From assembly GCA_038757945.1 (NCBI GenBank), contig JBCDGJ010000002.1, positions 24,186 to 88,185 on the forward strand: a stretch of 64,000 nt of DNA, given 5' to 3'. Position numbers and translations under genes: made by a program. Below the pieces are notes generated by a model. That model made no database searches, was not told the origin of the DNA, and saw only the letters and a list, made by a program, of their open reading frames with translations. Shown piece by piece: positions 1-9,007 of the stretch (positions are counted from its first letter, which is position 1; each line of letters starts with the position of its first letter). The stretch comes from Pseudomonadota bacterium. GTDB lineage: Bacteria > Pseudomonadota > Gammaproteobacteria > Pseudomonadales > Azotimanducaceae.

Positions 1-1072
1 GCGTACCACAGCTCATGGCCTCGGCAGCGGGGAGGCCGAAGCCTTCGTAGAGCGACGGCGAGACCAGCAGGGTCGCGGACTGGAACTCGCGGGCCAGCTC
101 AGCCCGGCCGAGCCCTGCCTTGAAGACGATGCGGTCGGTGAGTCCGAGTGCTTTGATACGTTCAGCCGTGCGGCCACGACGCAGTTGCCCGATCACCCGC
201 AGCTCGAGCATCGGGTACCGTTCGAGCAGCGCTGCGTAGGCGTCGATGAGAACCGGCAGCCCCTTCAGGGGGACATCGGCACTGGCGGTAGTGACGATCC
301 GATTCGGTACGCGCACGACACTCGGGTCGGGCCGGAACGCCGACTGATCGACGCCAAGCGGTATGGCAGTGATCCGCCCCGGATCAATGCCAAACTCCGT
401 AGCCACATGCGCACGTGCCGACTCCGACGGGCTGACGATGCGCTCGAGCTCGCGCGCGGTGCGAATCTGCATGTGATGGAACGCATACCAGCGTCGAATC
501 AACAGGCGCTGTTTCCAACCCGCAGCCGCATCCAGCGCCAGCCGTCGGTCTTCAGTGATCGGATGATGGATCATGGTGACCAGCGGCAGCTTGAAGCGGC
601 GGCTGGCCTCGAGAATGCCGCTGGCCAGACCCTGGTTGTCGAGCAGCACATCAAAAGCTGCGGCATGGTGCTCGAGATACGCAAAGGCACGTTGGCCGAA
701 GGTGTAGGGTTCGACAAACTTGCCGGAGAGATGGCCAAAGTACTCGTAGGTGTCGGTCGCGCTCAGGAGGTGACGCGGACGCAGGGCGTAGTGACCATGA
801 TGGGGCTGAGCGTACAGATCCAGCGACGGCACCTCGACCAGGCGCACCCGCGGATCGAGCTGCGGATAGGGCGGCCCGGACAGAACAGTAACCGCGTGCC
901 CGGCGTCAGCGAGGGCGCGCGAGAGATAGTCGACATAGACACCCTGCCCGCCGACCCGCGGATCCGACCGATAGGACAGAATGCCGATCCGCAGTGGCGC
1001 CGCAGCTCGTGAACGCGCTGCGGGCACGCCCCCAGCGGCGGGCGGCGGCAGCCGCCGCTCAAGCTGCCGCAT
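1..1072 (-). CDS. Glycosyltransferase family 4 (group 1). The 3' end lies beyond the window start and the ATG overlaps the ppk stop by about 14 nt.
   Basis: Minus-strand translation from about 1072 reads MRQLERRLPPPAAGGVPAARSRAAAPLRIGILSYRSDPRVGGQGVYVDYLSRALADAGH. Further on it reads ERIVSPSESARAHVATEFGIDPGRITAIPLGVDQS and then the EGFGLP-AAEAM motif near position 60. The order matches GT4 N- and C-domains. The 275-aa plus-strand ORF 185..1012 is antisense to this gene. Confidence 0.75.
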   Translation of the reverse strand, partial: MRQLERRLPPPAAGGVPAARSRAAAPLRIGILSYRSDPRVGGQGVYVDYLSRALADAGHAVTVLSGPPYPQLDPRVRLVEVPSLDLYAQPHHGHYALRPRHLLSATDTYEYFGHLSGKFVEPYTFGQRAFAYLEHHAAAFDVLLDNQGLASGILEASRRFKLPLVTMIHHPITEDRRLALDAAAGWKQRLLIRRWYAFHHMQIRTARELERIVSPSESARAHVATEFGIDPGRITAIPLGVDQSAFRPDPSVVRVPNRIVTTASADVPLKGLPVLIDAYAALLERYPMLELRVIGQLRRGRTAERIKALGLTDRIVFKAGLGRAELAREFQSATLLVSPSLYEGFGLPAAEAMSCGT

Positions 1073-3170
1073 CACCTGCGCGACCCATTAACCTCGCTTG
1101 CGCCGACACCCGCTTGGCCTTACCCGGCGTGAGCCGGCGATAGCTGCCAGCGCTCTTGAGCACCCAGGCCTGGGTGTTGTCCTGCAGATACAGATCGAAC
1201 TCGTCCATGATGCGCATGCGGATGTCGGCATCGTCGACCGGAAAGCAGGTCTCGACGCGATTGAAGAAATTGCGTCCCATCCAGTCGGCGCTGGACAGGT
1301 ACACGCGCGTGTCGCCAGCGTTGGCGAAGGCGAACATCCGGGTGTGTTCAAGGAACCGCCCGATGATCGAACGCACGCGGATGTTCTCCGAGACGCCGGT
1401 GATACCGGGGCGCAGCGCGCAGATGCCACGGATCACGAGATCCACCCGGACTCCTGCCTGCGACGCGCGATACAGCGCCTGAATGATCTCGGGCTCGATG
1501 AGGGCATTCATCTTCGCCTTGATCCACGCCGGCCGCCCCGCCCGCTGATGCGCAATCTCGGCGTCGACCAGCTCGATCATGGTCCGGTGCAGCGAGAAGG
1601 GCGACTGCAGCAGCCGGCGCAGCCGACCCGCCTTGCCGATGGTCGTGAGCTGCTGAAACAGCGTCTGTACGTCCTCACCAATGTCACGATCGCAGGTGAA
1701 CAGGCCGTAGTCGGTGTACAGCCGCGCCGTGCGCTGGTGGTAGTTACCGGTGCCCAGATGCACGTAGCGCTTCAGGCTGCGCCCCTCCCGCCGCAGCACC
1801 AGGCACATCTTAGCGTGCGTCTTGTGGCCGACAACGCCATACATGACCTGCGCGCCCGCCTCCTGCAGGACATCCGCCAGCTCGATGTTAGCTTCTTCAT
1901 CAAAGCGCGCGCGCAGCTCGATGATGACCAGCACCTCCTTGCCGTTGCGGGCGGCCTCCATGAGCGCTTCGACCACCGCGGACTGGGTACCCGTGCGATA
2001 GAGGGTCTGTCGGATGGCCAGCACCGATGGATCGCGGGCGGCCGAGCGCAGCAGATCCACAAACGGGCCGAAAGCATCGAAGGGATGATGGACCAGGATG
2101 TCGCCACCGCTGATGGCGGCAAACGGATCTGCTGCCTCGGCAAAAGCTTTGGGCACCTGCGGCACGAAGGGTGGAAACTCGAGATCGGCGCGCCGCGCCA
2201 TGTCCGGCACCGCGGCCAGGCGGTTCAGGTTGACCGGACCATCGCAGCCATAGACGTCGTCCGGACCCAGCTTGAACTGGCTGCGTAGAAAGGCCACCAG
2301 CTCGGCCGGACAGTCACTGGCAACCTCGAGCCGCACGGCATCGCCATAGTGCCGCTGCGACAGCTCGCCTTCGATAGCCCGCTTGAGATCGTCGACCTCT
2401 TCTTCATCCACAAACAGATCACTGTTGCGGGTGACGCGAAACTGGTAGCAGCCGGTGATCTTCATACCGCGGAACAGATCGCCGACGTAGGCAGCGATGA
2501 TCGACGACAGCAGCACGAAGTCGTGCCCGCCAGACGCTGCGGTGTCCGGCAGAGCGATGACCCGCGGCAGCGCCCGCGGTGCAGGCACTACGGCCTTGCC
2601 GCTCTGCCGGCCGAAGACATCCTCGCCCTCGACCGTGACGATGAAGTTCAGCGCCTTGTTCTGCGGCTGGGGAAACGGGTGCGCCGGATCGAGGCCGATG
2701 GGGCTCAGAATCGGTGCCAGCTCACGCTTGAAGTAACGCCGCAGCCACTGCTGCTGCCGGTCGCTCCAGTCCGCTGCGTTGAGAAACCGGATCGACTGCA
2801 GGTCGAGCTGCGGCACCACGACGTCGCGATAGGTCGTATACAGCTCATCGGAGATCTCATGCACAGCCCTGGCAATCTGCTGCAGCTGTTCCGTCGGTGA
2901 CAACCCGTCGGCGCCACGGCGCGCGGAGGCATAGGCTTCCTGCTGCTTGAGACCGGCGACGCGGATCTCGAAGAACTCGTCAAGCACCGAGCTTGTGATG
3001 CACACGAAGCGCAACCGTTCGAGCAACGGCAACCGCGCGTCGCGGGCCTGCGCGAGGACACGGCGGCAGAACTCGAGCTGCGAGAGTTCACGGTTGATAT
3101 ACAGCGACGGGTGCGCGAGATCCGGCACCGATCCTGCGTCAGCGCCGGGGTTCAGCTTCTTGGCGGCCAT
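1059..3170 (-). CDS. ppk: Polyphosphate kinase 1
   Basis: 703 aa. The N-terminus contains LYINRELSQLEFCRRVLAQA...PLLERLRFVCITSSVLDEFFEIRVAGL, typical of PPK1, and the protein is full length. Confidence 0.95.
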   Translation of the reverse strand: MAAKKLNPGADAGSVPDLAHPSLYINRELSQLEFCRRVLAQARDARLPLLERLRFVCITSSVLDEFFEIRVAGLKQQEAYASARRGADGLSPTEQLQQIARAVHEISDELYTTYRDVVVPQLDLQSIRFLNAADWSDRQQQWLRRYFKRELAPILSPIGLDPAHPFPQPQNKALNFIVTVEGEDVFGRQSGKAVVPAPRALPRVIALPDTAASGGHDFVLLSSIIAAYVGDLFRGMKITGCYQFRVTRNSDLFVDEEEVDDLKRAIEGELSQRHYGDAVRLEVASDCPAELVAFLRSQFKLGPDDVYGCDGPVNLNRLAAVPDMARRADLEFPPFVPQVPKAFAEAADPFAAISGGDILVHHPFDAFGPFVDLLRSAARDPSVLAIRQTLYRTGTQSAVVEALMEAARNGKEVLVIIELRARFDEEANIELADVLQEAGAQVMYGVVGHKTHAKMCLVLRREGRSLKRYVHLGTGNYHQRTARLYTDYGLFTCDRDIGEDVQTLFQQLTTIGKAGRLRRLLQSPFSLHRTMIELVDAEIAHQRAGRPAWIKAKMNALIEPEIIQALYRASQAGVRVDLVIRGICALRPGITGVSENIRVRSIIGRFLEHTRMFAFANAGDTRVYLSSADWMGRNFFNRVETCFPVDDADIRMRIMDEFDLYLQDNTQAWVLKSAGSYRRLTPGKAKRVSAQARLMGRAGDAAA

Positions 3171-3221
3171 TCGGTTACGCTATCACATGTTCCCGGAGCA
3201 GATGACCGCGGCACGGCGCAC

Positions 3222-3938
3222 ATGGCACAGGACCAGGTATTTTCCAGACCCCGCTCGGACCTCGTCGACTTTCGCTTTGACGCCGAAGTCGTCGGGGTGT
3301 TTCCCGACATGATCCGGCGTTCCGTGCCTGCCTACGAAACCGTGCTGCCGCTGGCTGCGCTGATTCTCGCTCGCCATCTGGCCGCCGGAGCAAAGGTCTA
3401 CGATCTCGGCAGCTCCCTCGGCGCGTCCAGCCTTGCGCTGCTCAAGCAGAGCGCTGATCCACAGCTCCGGGTCACAGGAATCGACGCGTCGCCAGACATG
3501 GTGCAGACAGCTCGCGCCCAGATCAGCGATCCGCGGGTGAGCTTCCACTGCGCCGGGGTGCAGACGTTTGACTACGAACCCTGCGACGGCATTCTGTTGA
3601 ACTACCTGCTGCAGTTCATTCCGCTGGACGAACGCGGCGGGCTTCTGGAGCAGTTGTTCGCGGCTCTCAAACCCGGCGGCTGTCTGGTGCTGACCGAAAA
3701 AGTTGAGCTCGACAACGACGAGGACAATGCCTGGGCCGCGGCCGTCCATCTGGACTTCAAACGCGCCAACGGCTACTCGGAGCTCGAGATCGCACAGAAG
3801 CGAGCGGCGCTGGAACGGGTGATGCCGATCGAAACGGAGCAGACACACCTCGAGCGCCTGCGCGGCATCGGTTTCACCCCTGTGCGTCAGTGGTTCCGCT
3901 GTCTGAACTGGGCGGCCTTCGTCGCCTGGAAGCCCTGA
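3222..3938 (+). CDS. cmoA: Carboxy-S-adenosyl-L-methionine synthase
   Basis: Matches CmoA through FPDMIRRSVPAYE...VYDLGSSLG...FKRANGYSELEIAQKRAALERVM. The start is moved to the internal Met (MAQDQVF) because the first 37 aa of track ORF 3111..3938 overlap the ppk 5' end. cmoA is divergent from ppk. Confidence 0.9.
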   Translation: MAQDQVFSRPRSDLVDFRFDAEVVGVFPDMIRRSVPAYETVLPLAALILARHLAAGAKVYDLGSSLGASSLALLKQSADPQLRVTGIDASPDMVQTARAQISDPRVSFHCAGVQTFDYEPCDGILLNYLLQFIPLDERGGLLEQLFAALKPGGCLVLTEKVELDNDEDNAWAAAVHLDFKRANGYSELEIAQKRAALERVMPIETEQTHLERLRGIGFTPVRQWFRCLNWAAFVAWKP

Positions 3939-3972
3939 GCCGACGGCCAACCAATCCACCATCAACGACCGG

Positions 3973-4968
3973 GTGCCCGAGCAGCTCCGGCAGCGGCTCG
4001 AGGGAGCGCTGGGTGATCACTATCCAGCGCCGCTTCGAGCCACGCTGCTGGCCGCTACCGCAAGATTCAGTTCTGCTGCCCACGGCGACTACGCTCGCTG
4101 GGCCGAGGCCCTGGATACCCTGCCCCGCATCACGCCGGTGACGATCGACACGAGCATGGGGGTCCAGCTCTGCGCCAGCCGGCCGGTCGCCCTGAACCCC
4201 CTGATGCAGGCGTTGCGCCAGTTCCGGCCCTGGCGCAAAGGTCCCTTCGACCTCTTCGGCCTCGGGCTCGATACCGAGTGGCGCTCCGACTGGAAATGGG
4301 ACCGCGTCGCGGGCGCCGTCAACTGGACCGACGCCCACGTGCTGGACGTTGGCTGCGGCAACGGCTACTTCGGCTGGCGCATGCTGGGCGCTGGCGCGAC
4401 CCAGGTGATCGGCATCGACCCGACGCTGCTGTTCTGCATGCAGCACCTCGCCATCGATCACTTCGCCAGCGGTGATCCGCGCTGCCGCGAGCGCAACTGG
4501 GTGCTGCCGCTGCCGCTCGAGGCACTGCCGGCTGATGGCACCCTGGAAAGCCTCGAGTTCGACCTGACGCTCAGCATGGGCGTGCTCTACCACCGCCGCG
4601 ACCCGGCCGAGCACCTGCGCTCCCTGTACCGGACGCTGCGTCCGGGCGGCACGCTGCTGCTCGAGACGCTGGTTGTCGCGACGGGTCCGGACCTGGAACC
4701 GGCCCGGCACAAGCAGCGCTACGCGCAGATGCGCAACGTCTGGATCGTGCCGCGGGCACACACCGTGCTGGCCTGGCTGGCGGGTGCCGGCTTCAGCAGC
4801 GCCGCCTGTATCGATCTCAGCCCGACCAGCGTCGCAGAACAGCACACCACCGCCTGGATGCGATTCGATTCCCTGCCAACCTTTCTCGACGCGGAGGACC
4901 CCACGCAGACCCGGGAAGGCTGGCCGGCACCGCTGCGAGCGCTATTCCTCGCGCACCGGCCCGCCTGA
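3973..4968 (+). CDS. cmoB: tRNA U34 carboxymethyltransferase
   Basis: PWRKGPFDLFGLGLDTEWRSDWKWDRV...LDVGCGNGYFGWRMLGAGA...IGIDPT is the CmoB signature. It sits immediately downstream of cmoA as in the conserved cmoAB operon. Confidence 0.9.
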   Translation: MPEQLRQRLEGALGDHYPAPLRATLLAATARFSSAAHGDYARWAEALDTLPRITPVTIDTSMGVQLCASRPVALNPLMQALRQFRPWRKGPFDLFGLGLDTEWRSDWKWDRVAGAVNWTDAHVLDVGCGNGYFGWRMLGAGATQVIGIDPTLLFCMQHLAIDHFASGDPRCRERNWVLPLPLEALPADGTLESLEFDLTLSMGVLYHRRDPAEHLRSLYRTLRPGGTLLLETLVVATGPDLEPARHKQRYAQMRNVWIVPRAHTVLAWLAGAGFSSAACIDLSPTSVAEQHTTAWMRFDSLPTFLDAEDPTQTREGWPAPLRALFLAHRPA

Positions 4969-5035
4969 GCGAGAGGTCGGACCAGTCGCGCCGGCAGCTG
5001 AGCCCGCTGCAGCGCCGTGCTAACCTGCGCGCACG

Positions 5036-5410
5036 ATGCTTGAAACCCTGAATTTCCAGTTTCGCTTTCGCGGCAAACAGGCACGCCTGCTCGAGCTCTA
5101 CGCCTGCTTCATCGACAACGATCACAAAGCGCTGCACCCGACGCAGCTTGCGCGGCGCACCGGCATGAGCTTCAGCGAGGTCACCCGCCGCCTCGACTCG
5201 ACTCCGGAACTGTTCGTGAAACTGCCGCGGCGACCGGACGGCATCACCCGGTACCGGCTGACCACAGCGGCGGCAGCCCGCGGCGAAGACGCAACGGCGG
5301 CTCTGGTGCGCTCCCAGGCACGCCGGGAAACGTTCATCCTCTATGCCATCGGCAGCATGATCGTGATGACCGGGATCATTGCGATCGTGCTGATCGGACC
5401 GGCACTGTAG
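5036..5410 (+). CDS. Hypothetical protein: N-terminal winged-helix-like segment plus a C-terminal transmembrane helix
   Basis: 124-aa ORF with sensible composition. The N-terminal stretch ...HPTQLARRTGMSFSEVTRRL... looks HTH-like. The C-terminal hydrophobic stretch FILYAIGSMIVMTGIIAIVLIGPAL is a likely membrane anchor. No family recognised. Confidence 0.4.
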   Translation: MLETLNFQFRFRGKQARLLELYACFIDNDHKALHPTQLARRTGMSFSEVTRRLDSTPELFVKLPRRPDGITRYRLTTAAAARGEDATAALVRSQARRETFILYAIGSMIVMTGIIAIVLIGPAL

Positions 5411-5491
5411 CGTCCCGGCTGATGAGCTCACCGACACTCCGACCGAGCTGGCCTGCGCCGCGACTTCGAGCTCAGCGGACCGGACGCTAGC

Positions 5492-6598
5492 GTGCCGGAA
5501 CAGCTGACGCCTGAAGCCGAACGCTGGCGCGACTGCGCTGACCGCTTCGCGCTGGACGTGCTGCTGCCCCTCGCCGACACGCCGGCTGCCGACGCCAGGC
5601 CGACGATCATCGAGCAGTCCCAAGCCAGCGGTCTCTACACGCTCACGCAGCCGGCCGCCTTCGGCGGCAGCGCAGCCGATCAGCTGACGCTGTGCGCAGC
5701 GCGGGACGCGCTGATGGCCCGGAACCCGCCGCACAGCAGCGCTGTCTTCGGGCCGGGCCCCGGCGTCCTCGCCGGCGTCGACGAGCCACTACGCAGCCGT
5801 TATCTGGAGCCGCTGCTCAGCGGCCGGCTGCGGAGCGGTTTCGCCAGGCCCGACCCCGGCGCCGCGCCGCACTTTCCCCGCGCGGAGCCGACCGCCGAGG
5901 GTTACCTGGTGAATGGGCAGAAGTCCTACGTCACCGGCGGTGCCAGCGCCGACTTTCTCAACACGGTCGTACAGATCGACGACAAGCCGGCGCTCCTGAT
6001 TATCGACACGGCGCAGGAGGGCGTGGAACGCGAGCGTGTCTTTCAATCCATCGACGGCAGCCAGCACGCCGCCTTCCGTTTCAGGAACGCTCTGGTTCCC
6101 ACCACCAACCTGCTGGCTGCGCCCGGCGCCGGCATGCCAAAAGCGCTCGGCCAGATCGGCGACACGCGCCTGATGATCGCAGCCAACTGCGTCGGGCTCA
6201 GCCGTTGGGTGTACCAGCAGCTCTGTGAACATCTGGACCAGCCCGCACGCGGGGGCGGCCAGCGTGGCGACGATGCGGTCGCCCGGCTGCGGCTCGGGGA
6301 ATGTTACGTCGCGCTCTTTGCCGCGCGCAGCATGCTGTACCGCACCGCGCGCCTCGCCGACGGCGGTGACCGGGCCATCAACGAAGCCATGGCGTGCAAG
6401 GTATTCGCGGTAGACACGCTGACCCAGCTCATCGACAGCGGAATTCAGCTCATCGGCGGCGGCGCCGTAGTCGAAGATCATCCGCTGGCGCGCCTCTACC
6501 GCGAAGTGCGCAGCCTGCGGCTGGCGGAAGGTGCTACAGACCAGCTGCTGCGCAACATCGCGCGTGGGCGGTTGGAGCTCGGAAAAGGGCGTCTCTGA
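5492..6598 (+). CDS. Acyl-CoA dehydrogenase family protein
   Basis: ACAD-like motifs GQKSYVTGG, ACKVFA and YREVRSLRLAEGATDQL. 368 aa. The start is uncertain. Confidence 0.75.
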   Translation: MPEQLTPEAERWRDCADRFALDVLLPLADTPAADARPTIIEQSQASGLYTLTQPAAFGGSAADQLTLCAARDALMARNPPHSSAVFGPGPGVLAGVDEPLRSRYLEPLLSGRLRSGFARPDPGAAPHFPRAEPTAEGYLVNGQKSYVTGGASADFLNTVVQIDDKPALLIIDTAQEGVERERVFQSIDGSQHAAFRFRNALVPTTNLLAAPGAGMPKALGQIGDTRLMIAANCVGLSRWVYQQLCEHLDQPARGGGQRGDDAVARLRLGECYVALFAARSMLYRTARLADGGDRAINEAMACKVFAVDTLTQLIDSGIQLIGGGAVVEDHPLARLYREVRSLRLAEGATDQLLRNIARGRLELGKGRL

Positions 6599-6610
6599 AC
6601 GGTAGGAGTG

Positions 6611-6665
6611 GTGGCCGTCACACGCTGGCTGTCACACGCTGGGCGTCACACGCTGGCCGTCACAC
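6611..6665. repeat. Four tandem copies of a ~14-bp unit (CGTCACACGCTGGC-like) between convergent genes
   Basis: Seen directly: gtggCCGTCACACGCTGGCTGTCACACGCTGGGCGTCACACGCTGGCCGTCACACAGG between the ACAD stop (6598) and the TauD-family stop (6660). Confidence 0.6.
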
Positions 6666-7511
6666 AGGTCCTGCCCAGGGCGCAGGCGCTTCCAGGCACC
6701 GGGCAGTAACCCGTTCACCGCGCCGGCATTCCGGGTAGTAGTCCCAGACCGCATGATGGTGCACGCCCATGTTGTCCCACAGCACGAGCGTGTTGGGCTG
6801 CCACTGCACCCGACACTGGATGCGCGTGTTCGCCTCGACATGGCGGAACAGCAGCTGCAGCAGCGCATCACTCTCTCGCTTCGACAGGCCGTCGATCGAC
6901 TCCGTAAAGGCCTCGTTCACGTACAGCACCGGGTCGCCGCTCTGTGGGTGGCTGATCACCACCGGATGGCGCGCTTGGGGATAGTGCTGGCCGGGTTTGA
7001 GGCGCACGCCGTAGGCGCGCAGGTCCTGTTCGCCGCTGTGCACGGCGGTCAGCCCGACCAGCAGCTGCTGGATGGGGTCGGAGAGGCTCGTGAACGCGTC
7101 GGTCATGTTGGCGAACATCGTATCGCCCCCGCCGGATGGCGGCGTTTGTGTGATGTACAGCGCCGAGGCGCTCGGGGGCACCGGTTCGCAGGACAGATCC
7201 GTGTGCCAGCTTTCGCCGTTGGCCACACGGGTCTCAGCGCCGATGTTGATCTTGAAAATCTCCGGATCTCCCGGAAGGCCGAGCTCGGTCTTGGCTGGAT
7301 GCGTCTGCAGCGGTCCCCAGAGACGGCCGAACTGCTTGTGCGCCTCCCGGTCGAGCCGCTGATCCCGGAACACGAGCACGCGGTGACGGGCAAAGGCCTC
7401 GCGCAGTGCTGCCAGGGCTGGTGCGGACAGTGCCGCAAGGTCGAGACCATGAACCTCGGCGCCGATCCGCGGCGTGATCGGGACGATATCGAGCGCTGAC
7501 GCATCGGTCAT
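6660..7511 (-). CDS. TauD/TfdA-family Fe(II)/2-oxoglutarate-dependent dioxygenase (taurine dioxygenase-like)
   Basis: HTD...SCEP...HSGE... pattern typical of TauD. The start is reassigned to the internal Met (MTDASALDIVPI), which has a GGAGG Shine-Dalgarno a few nt upstream. The track ORF begins 16 codons earlier. Confidence 0.8.
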   Translation of the reverse strand: MTDASALDIVPITPRIGAEVHGLDLAALSAPALAALREAFARHRVLVFRDQRLDREAHKQFGRLWGPLQTHPAKTELGLPGDPEIFKINIGAETRVANGESWHTDLSCEPVPPSASALYITQTPPSGGGDTMFANMTDAFTSLSDPIQQLLVGLTAVHSGEQDLRAYGVRLKPGQHYPQARHPVVISHPQSGDPVLYVNEAFTESIDGLSKRESDALLQLLFRHVEANTRIQCRVQWQPNTLVLWDNMGVHHHAVWDYYPECRRGERVTARCLEAPAPWAGPV

Positions 7512-7557
7512 GGGAGCCTCCGCAGCTCGTCTTGATGGTCTCTTCGGCTGACGGTCC

Positions 7558-8415
7558 ATGGATCACTGGCCCTGGAGTGGTGTCCTCGAACGATATCGTG
7601 CCACTATCGACGGCGGCAACGGCACGGGACGTCCCCGGCCAGCGAAGCTAAAGCTGAGTTCGATCCGCAGAGCGCAACACAACGAGGCCAGCGTGCTCAA
7701 CCCTGTTCTGAACCGACAGCCGAACCGGCCCCGCAGCATCACCCGCAGCAGGGATGCGCTGCCTGCGAGCCGCCAGCCCGCATCCCGGAATAGATTCCGA
7801 GCGGCACGGCCACAACTGCTGCTCGTCGGCGCTCTGCTCGCCGGCTGCGTCAGCGACCGAAAACTCGAAACCGTTCTTGCGGACGCACGCTACACAGAAG
7901 CCGCCCTGCAGTACGAGCTGGATCGCGACAGTACCCGTATCGGCTTCAGCGTTGGCGACACCAGTGGCCGGTTTCGCGTCGTCGACGCGCGGCTCAGCTT
8001 TACGGAGCCGGAGCTCAGCGCGGCCGTGCTGGAAGTCACCATTGCGACCGCGAGCCTGGACCTCTTCAACCCGTTGCTCGAGCAGATGCTGCGCGGAGCC
8101 GACTGGTTCGACACCACTGCGCACCCGAGCGCGCGCTTTCAGTCCGAGTCCGTCGGCACCGCAGGCGAACAGTCGCTTGCCGTCACAGGCACGCTGACGA
8201 TCAAGAACATCACACAGCCGCTCGAGATCAGCGTCGAGTTTCCCGAGCTGCCGGCGTTGCCCGATCTCACCCTGCCGCCGGAGCGGATCCGGTTCGTGGC
8301 CAGCGGCGAGTTTCTTCGCTCGACTTTCGGCATGGACGACCTGCAGAGCTTCGCGCCCGATGAGGTGCAGCTGGAAATCGACGGTACGCTGCAGCGCGTG
8401 CTGCCTCAGCGCTGA
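7558..8415 (+). CDS. YceI-like domain lipoprotein (true start probably about 7780-7800, non-ATG)
   Basis: YceI-like core: YELDRDSTRIGFSV...RFRVVDARLSFTE...SLDLFNPLLEQMLRGADWFDTTAHPSARFQSESV...TGTLTIKNITQPLEISVEF. It is preceded by a lipoprotein-type signal (RNRFRAARPQLLLVGALLAGC-VSD). The first ~75 codons of the track ORF overlap the TauD gene's 5' region and are probably not translated. Confidence 0.6.
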   Translation: MDHWPWSGVLERYRATIDGGNGTGRPRPAKLKLSSIRRAQHNEASVLNPVLNRQPNRPRSITRSRDALPASRQPASRNRFRAARPQLLLVGALLAGCVSDRKLETVLADARYTEAALQYELDRDSTRIGFSVGDTSGRFRVVDARLSFTEPELSAAVLEVTIATASLDLFNPLLEQMLRGADWFDTTAHPSARFQSESVGTAGEQSLAVTGTLTIKNITQPLEISVEFPELPALPDLTLPPERIRFVASGEFLRSTFGMDDLQSFAPDEVQLEIDGTLQRVLPQR

Positions 8416-8476
8416 GGAACGGCACAGCCCTGCCCTGCACCGCCCAAAACCAACACCAGCGGAACACAGATCGCCC

Positions 8477-8980
8477 GTGAATCTCGATGACCATCGGCCA
8501 ACCGTCGAACAGCTCGCCGAGCTGCTGCTCGGTCGCAAGCAGACGCTGGTTACCGCGGAATCCTGCACCGGGGGCCTGCTCGCCGGTGTTCTGACCGACC
8601 TGGCCGGCAGCTCCAGCTGGTTCTATGGCGGCTTCGTAACCTACACGCTGGAGGCCAAACGTCGATGCCTCGGGGTCGAAGCGCAGACGTTGGATCGCTG
8701 GGGTGCCGTCAGCGAACCCACCGCACAGGCAATGGCCGCAGGCGCGCTCGCACATTCAAGCGCAGACCTCAGCGTCTCGGTCACCGGCGTCGCCGGTCCT
8801 GGCGGCGGAGAGCCGTTGCTGCCGGTCGGTACGGTGTGGTTCGGCTGGGCGGAGCGGGGCCGCACTCTCATCCACACCGCTGAGCACCAGTTCGAGGGCG
8901 ACCGGGCAAGCGTCAGGGATCAGGCCGTGGACCGTGCGCTGCAAGGTCTGCTTCGGCTGCTGGAAACGCCCGTTTCCTGA
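8477..8980 (+). CDS. pncC: CinA C-terminal domain protein / NMN amidohydrolase
   Basis: LVTAESCTGGLLAGVLTDLAGSS...GGFVTY...GAVSEPTAQAMAAGAL...SVTGVAGPGGG...GTVWFG is the CinA-C/PncC signature. The start is set at the in-frame GTG (VNLDDHRPTVEQLAELL). The upstream 39 codons of track ORF 8360..8980 overlap the YceI-like gene's end. Confidence 0.8.
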   Translation: MNLDDHRPTVEQLAELLLGRKQTLVTAESCTGGLLAGVLTDLAGSSSWFYGGFVTYTLEAKRRCLGVEAQTLDRWGAVSEPTAQAMAAGALAHSSADLSVSVTGVAGPGGGEPLLPVGTVWFGWAERGRTLIHTAEHQFEGDRASVRDQAVDRALQGLLRLLETPVS

Positions 8981-9007
8981 CCGGCGCCGCTCCGGCTCAC
9001 TGGAGCA

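Noticed and set aside
185-1012. 275-aa plus-strand ORF
   Set aside because: It is antisense to a clearly recognisable GT4 glycosyltransferase (GGQGVYVDYL, EGFGLP motifs on the minus strand). It has Arg/Gly/Pro-rich junk composition.
1098-2288. 396-aa plus-strand ORF (and others inside ppk)
   Set aside because: It is antisense to polyphosphate kinase. This is typical of high-GC shadow ORFs.
3183-4845. Minus-strand ORFs 3183..3965 and 3874..4845
   Set aside because: They are antisense to the well-supported cmoA and cmoB genes.
8360-8476. The longer N-terminal extension of the pncC ORF (MRCSWKST...)
   Set aside because: It overlaps the YceI-like gene's 3' end in another frame and is Cys/Ser/Arg junk. 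CinA-C homologues start about 12 aa before the LVTAESCTGG motif, which is consistent with the GTG at 8477.
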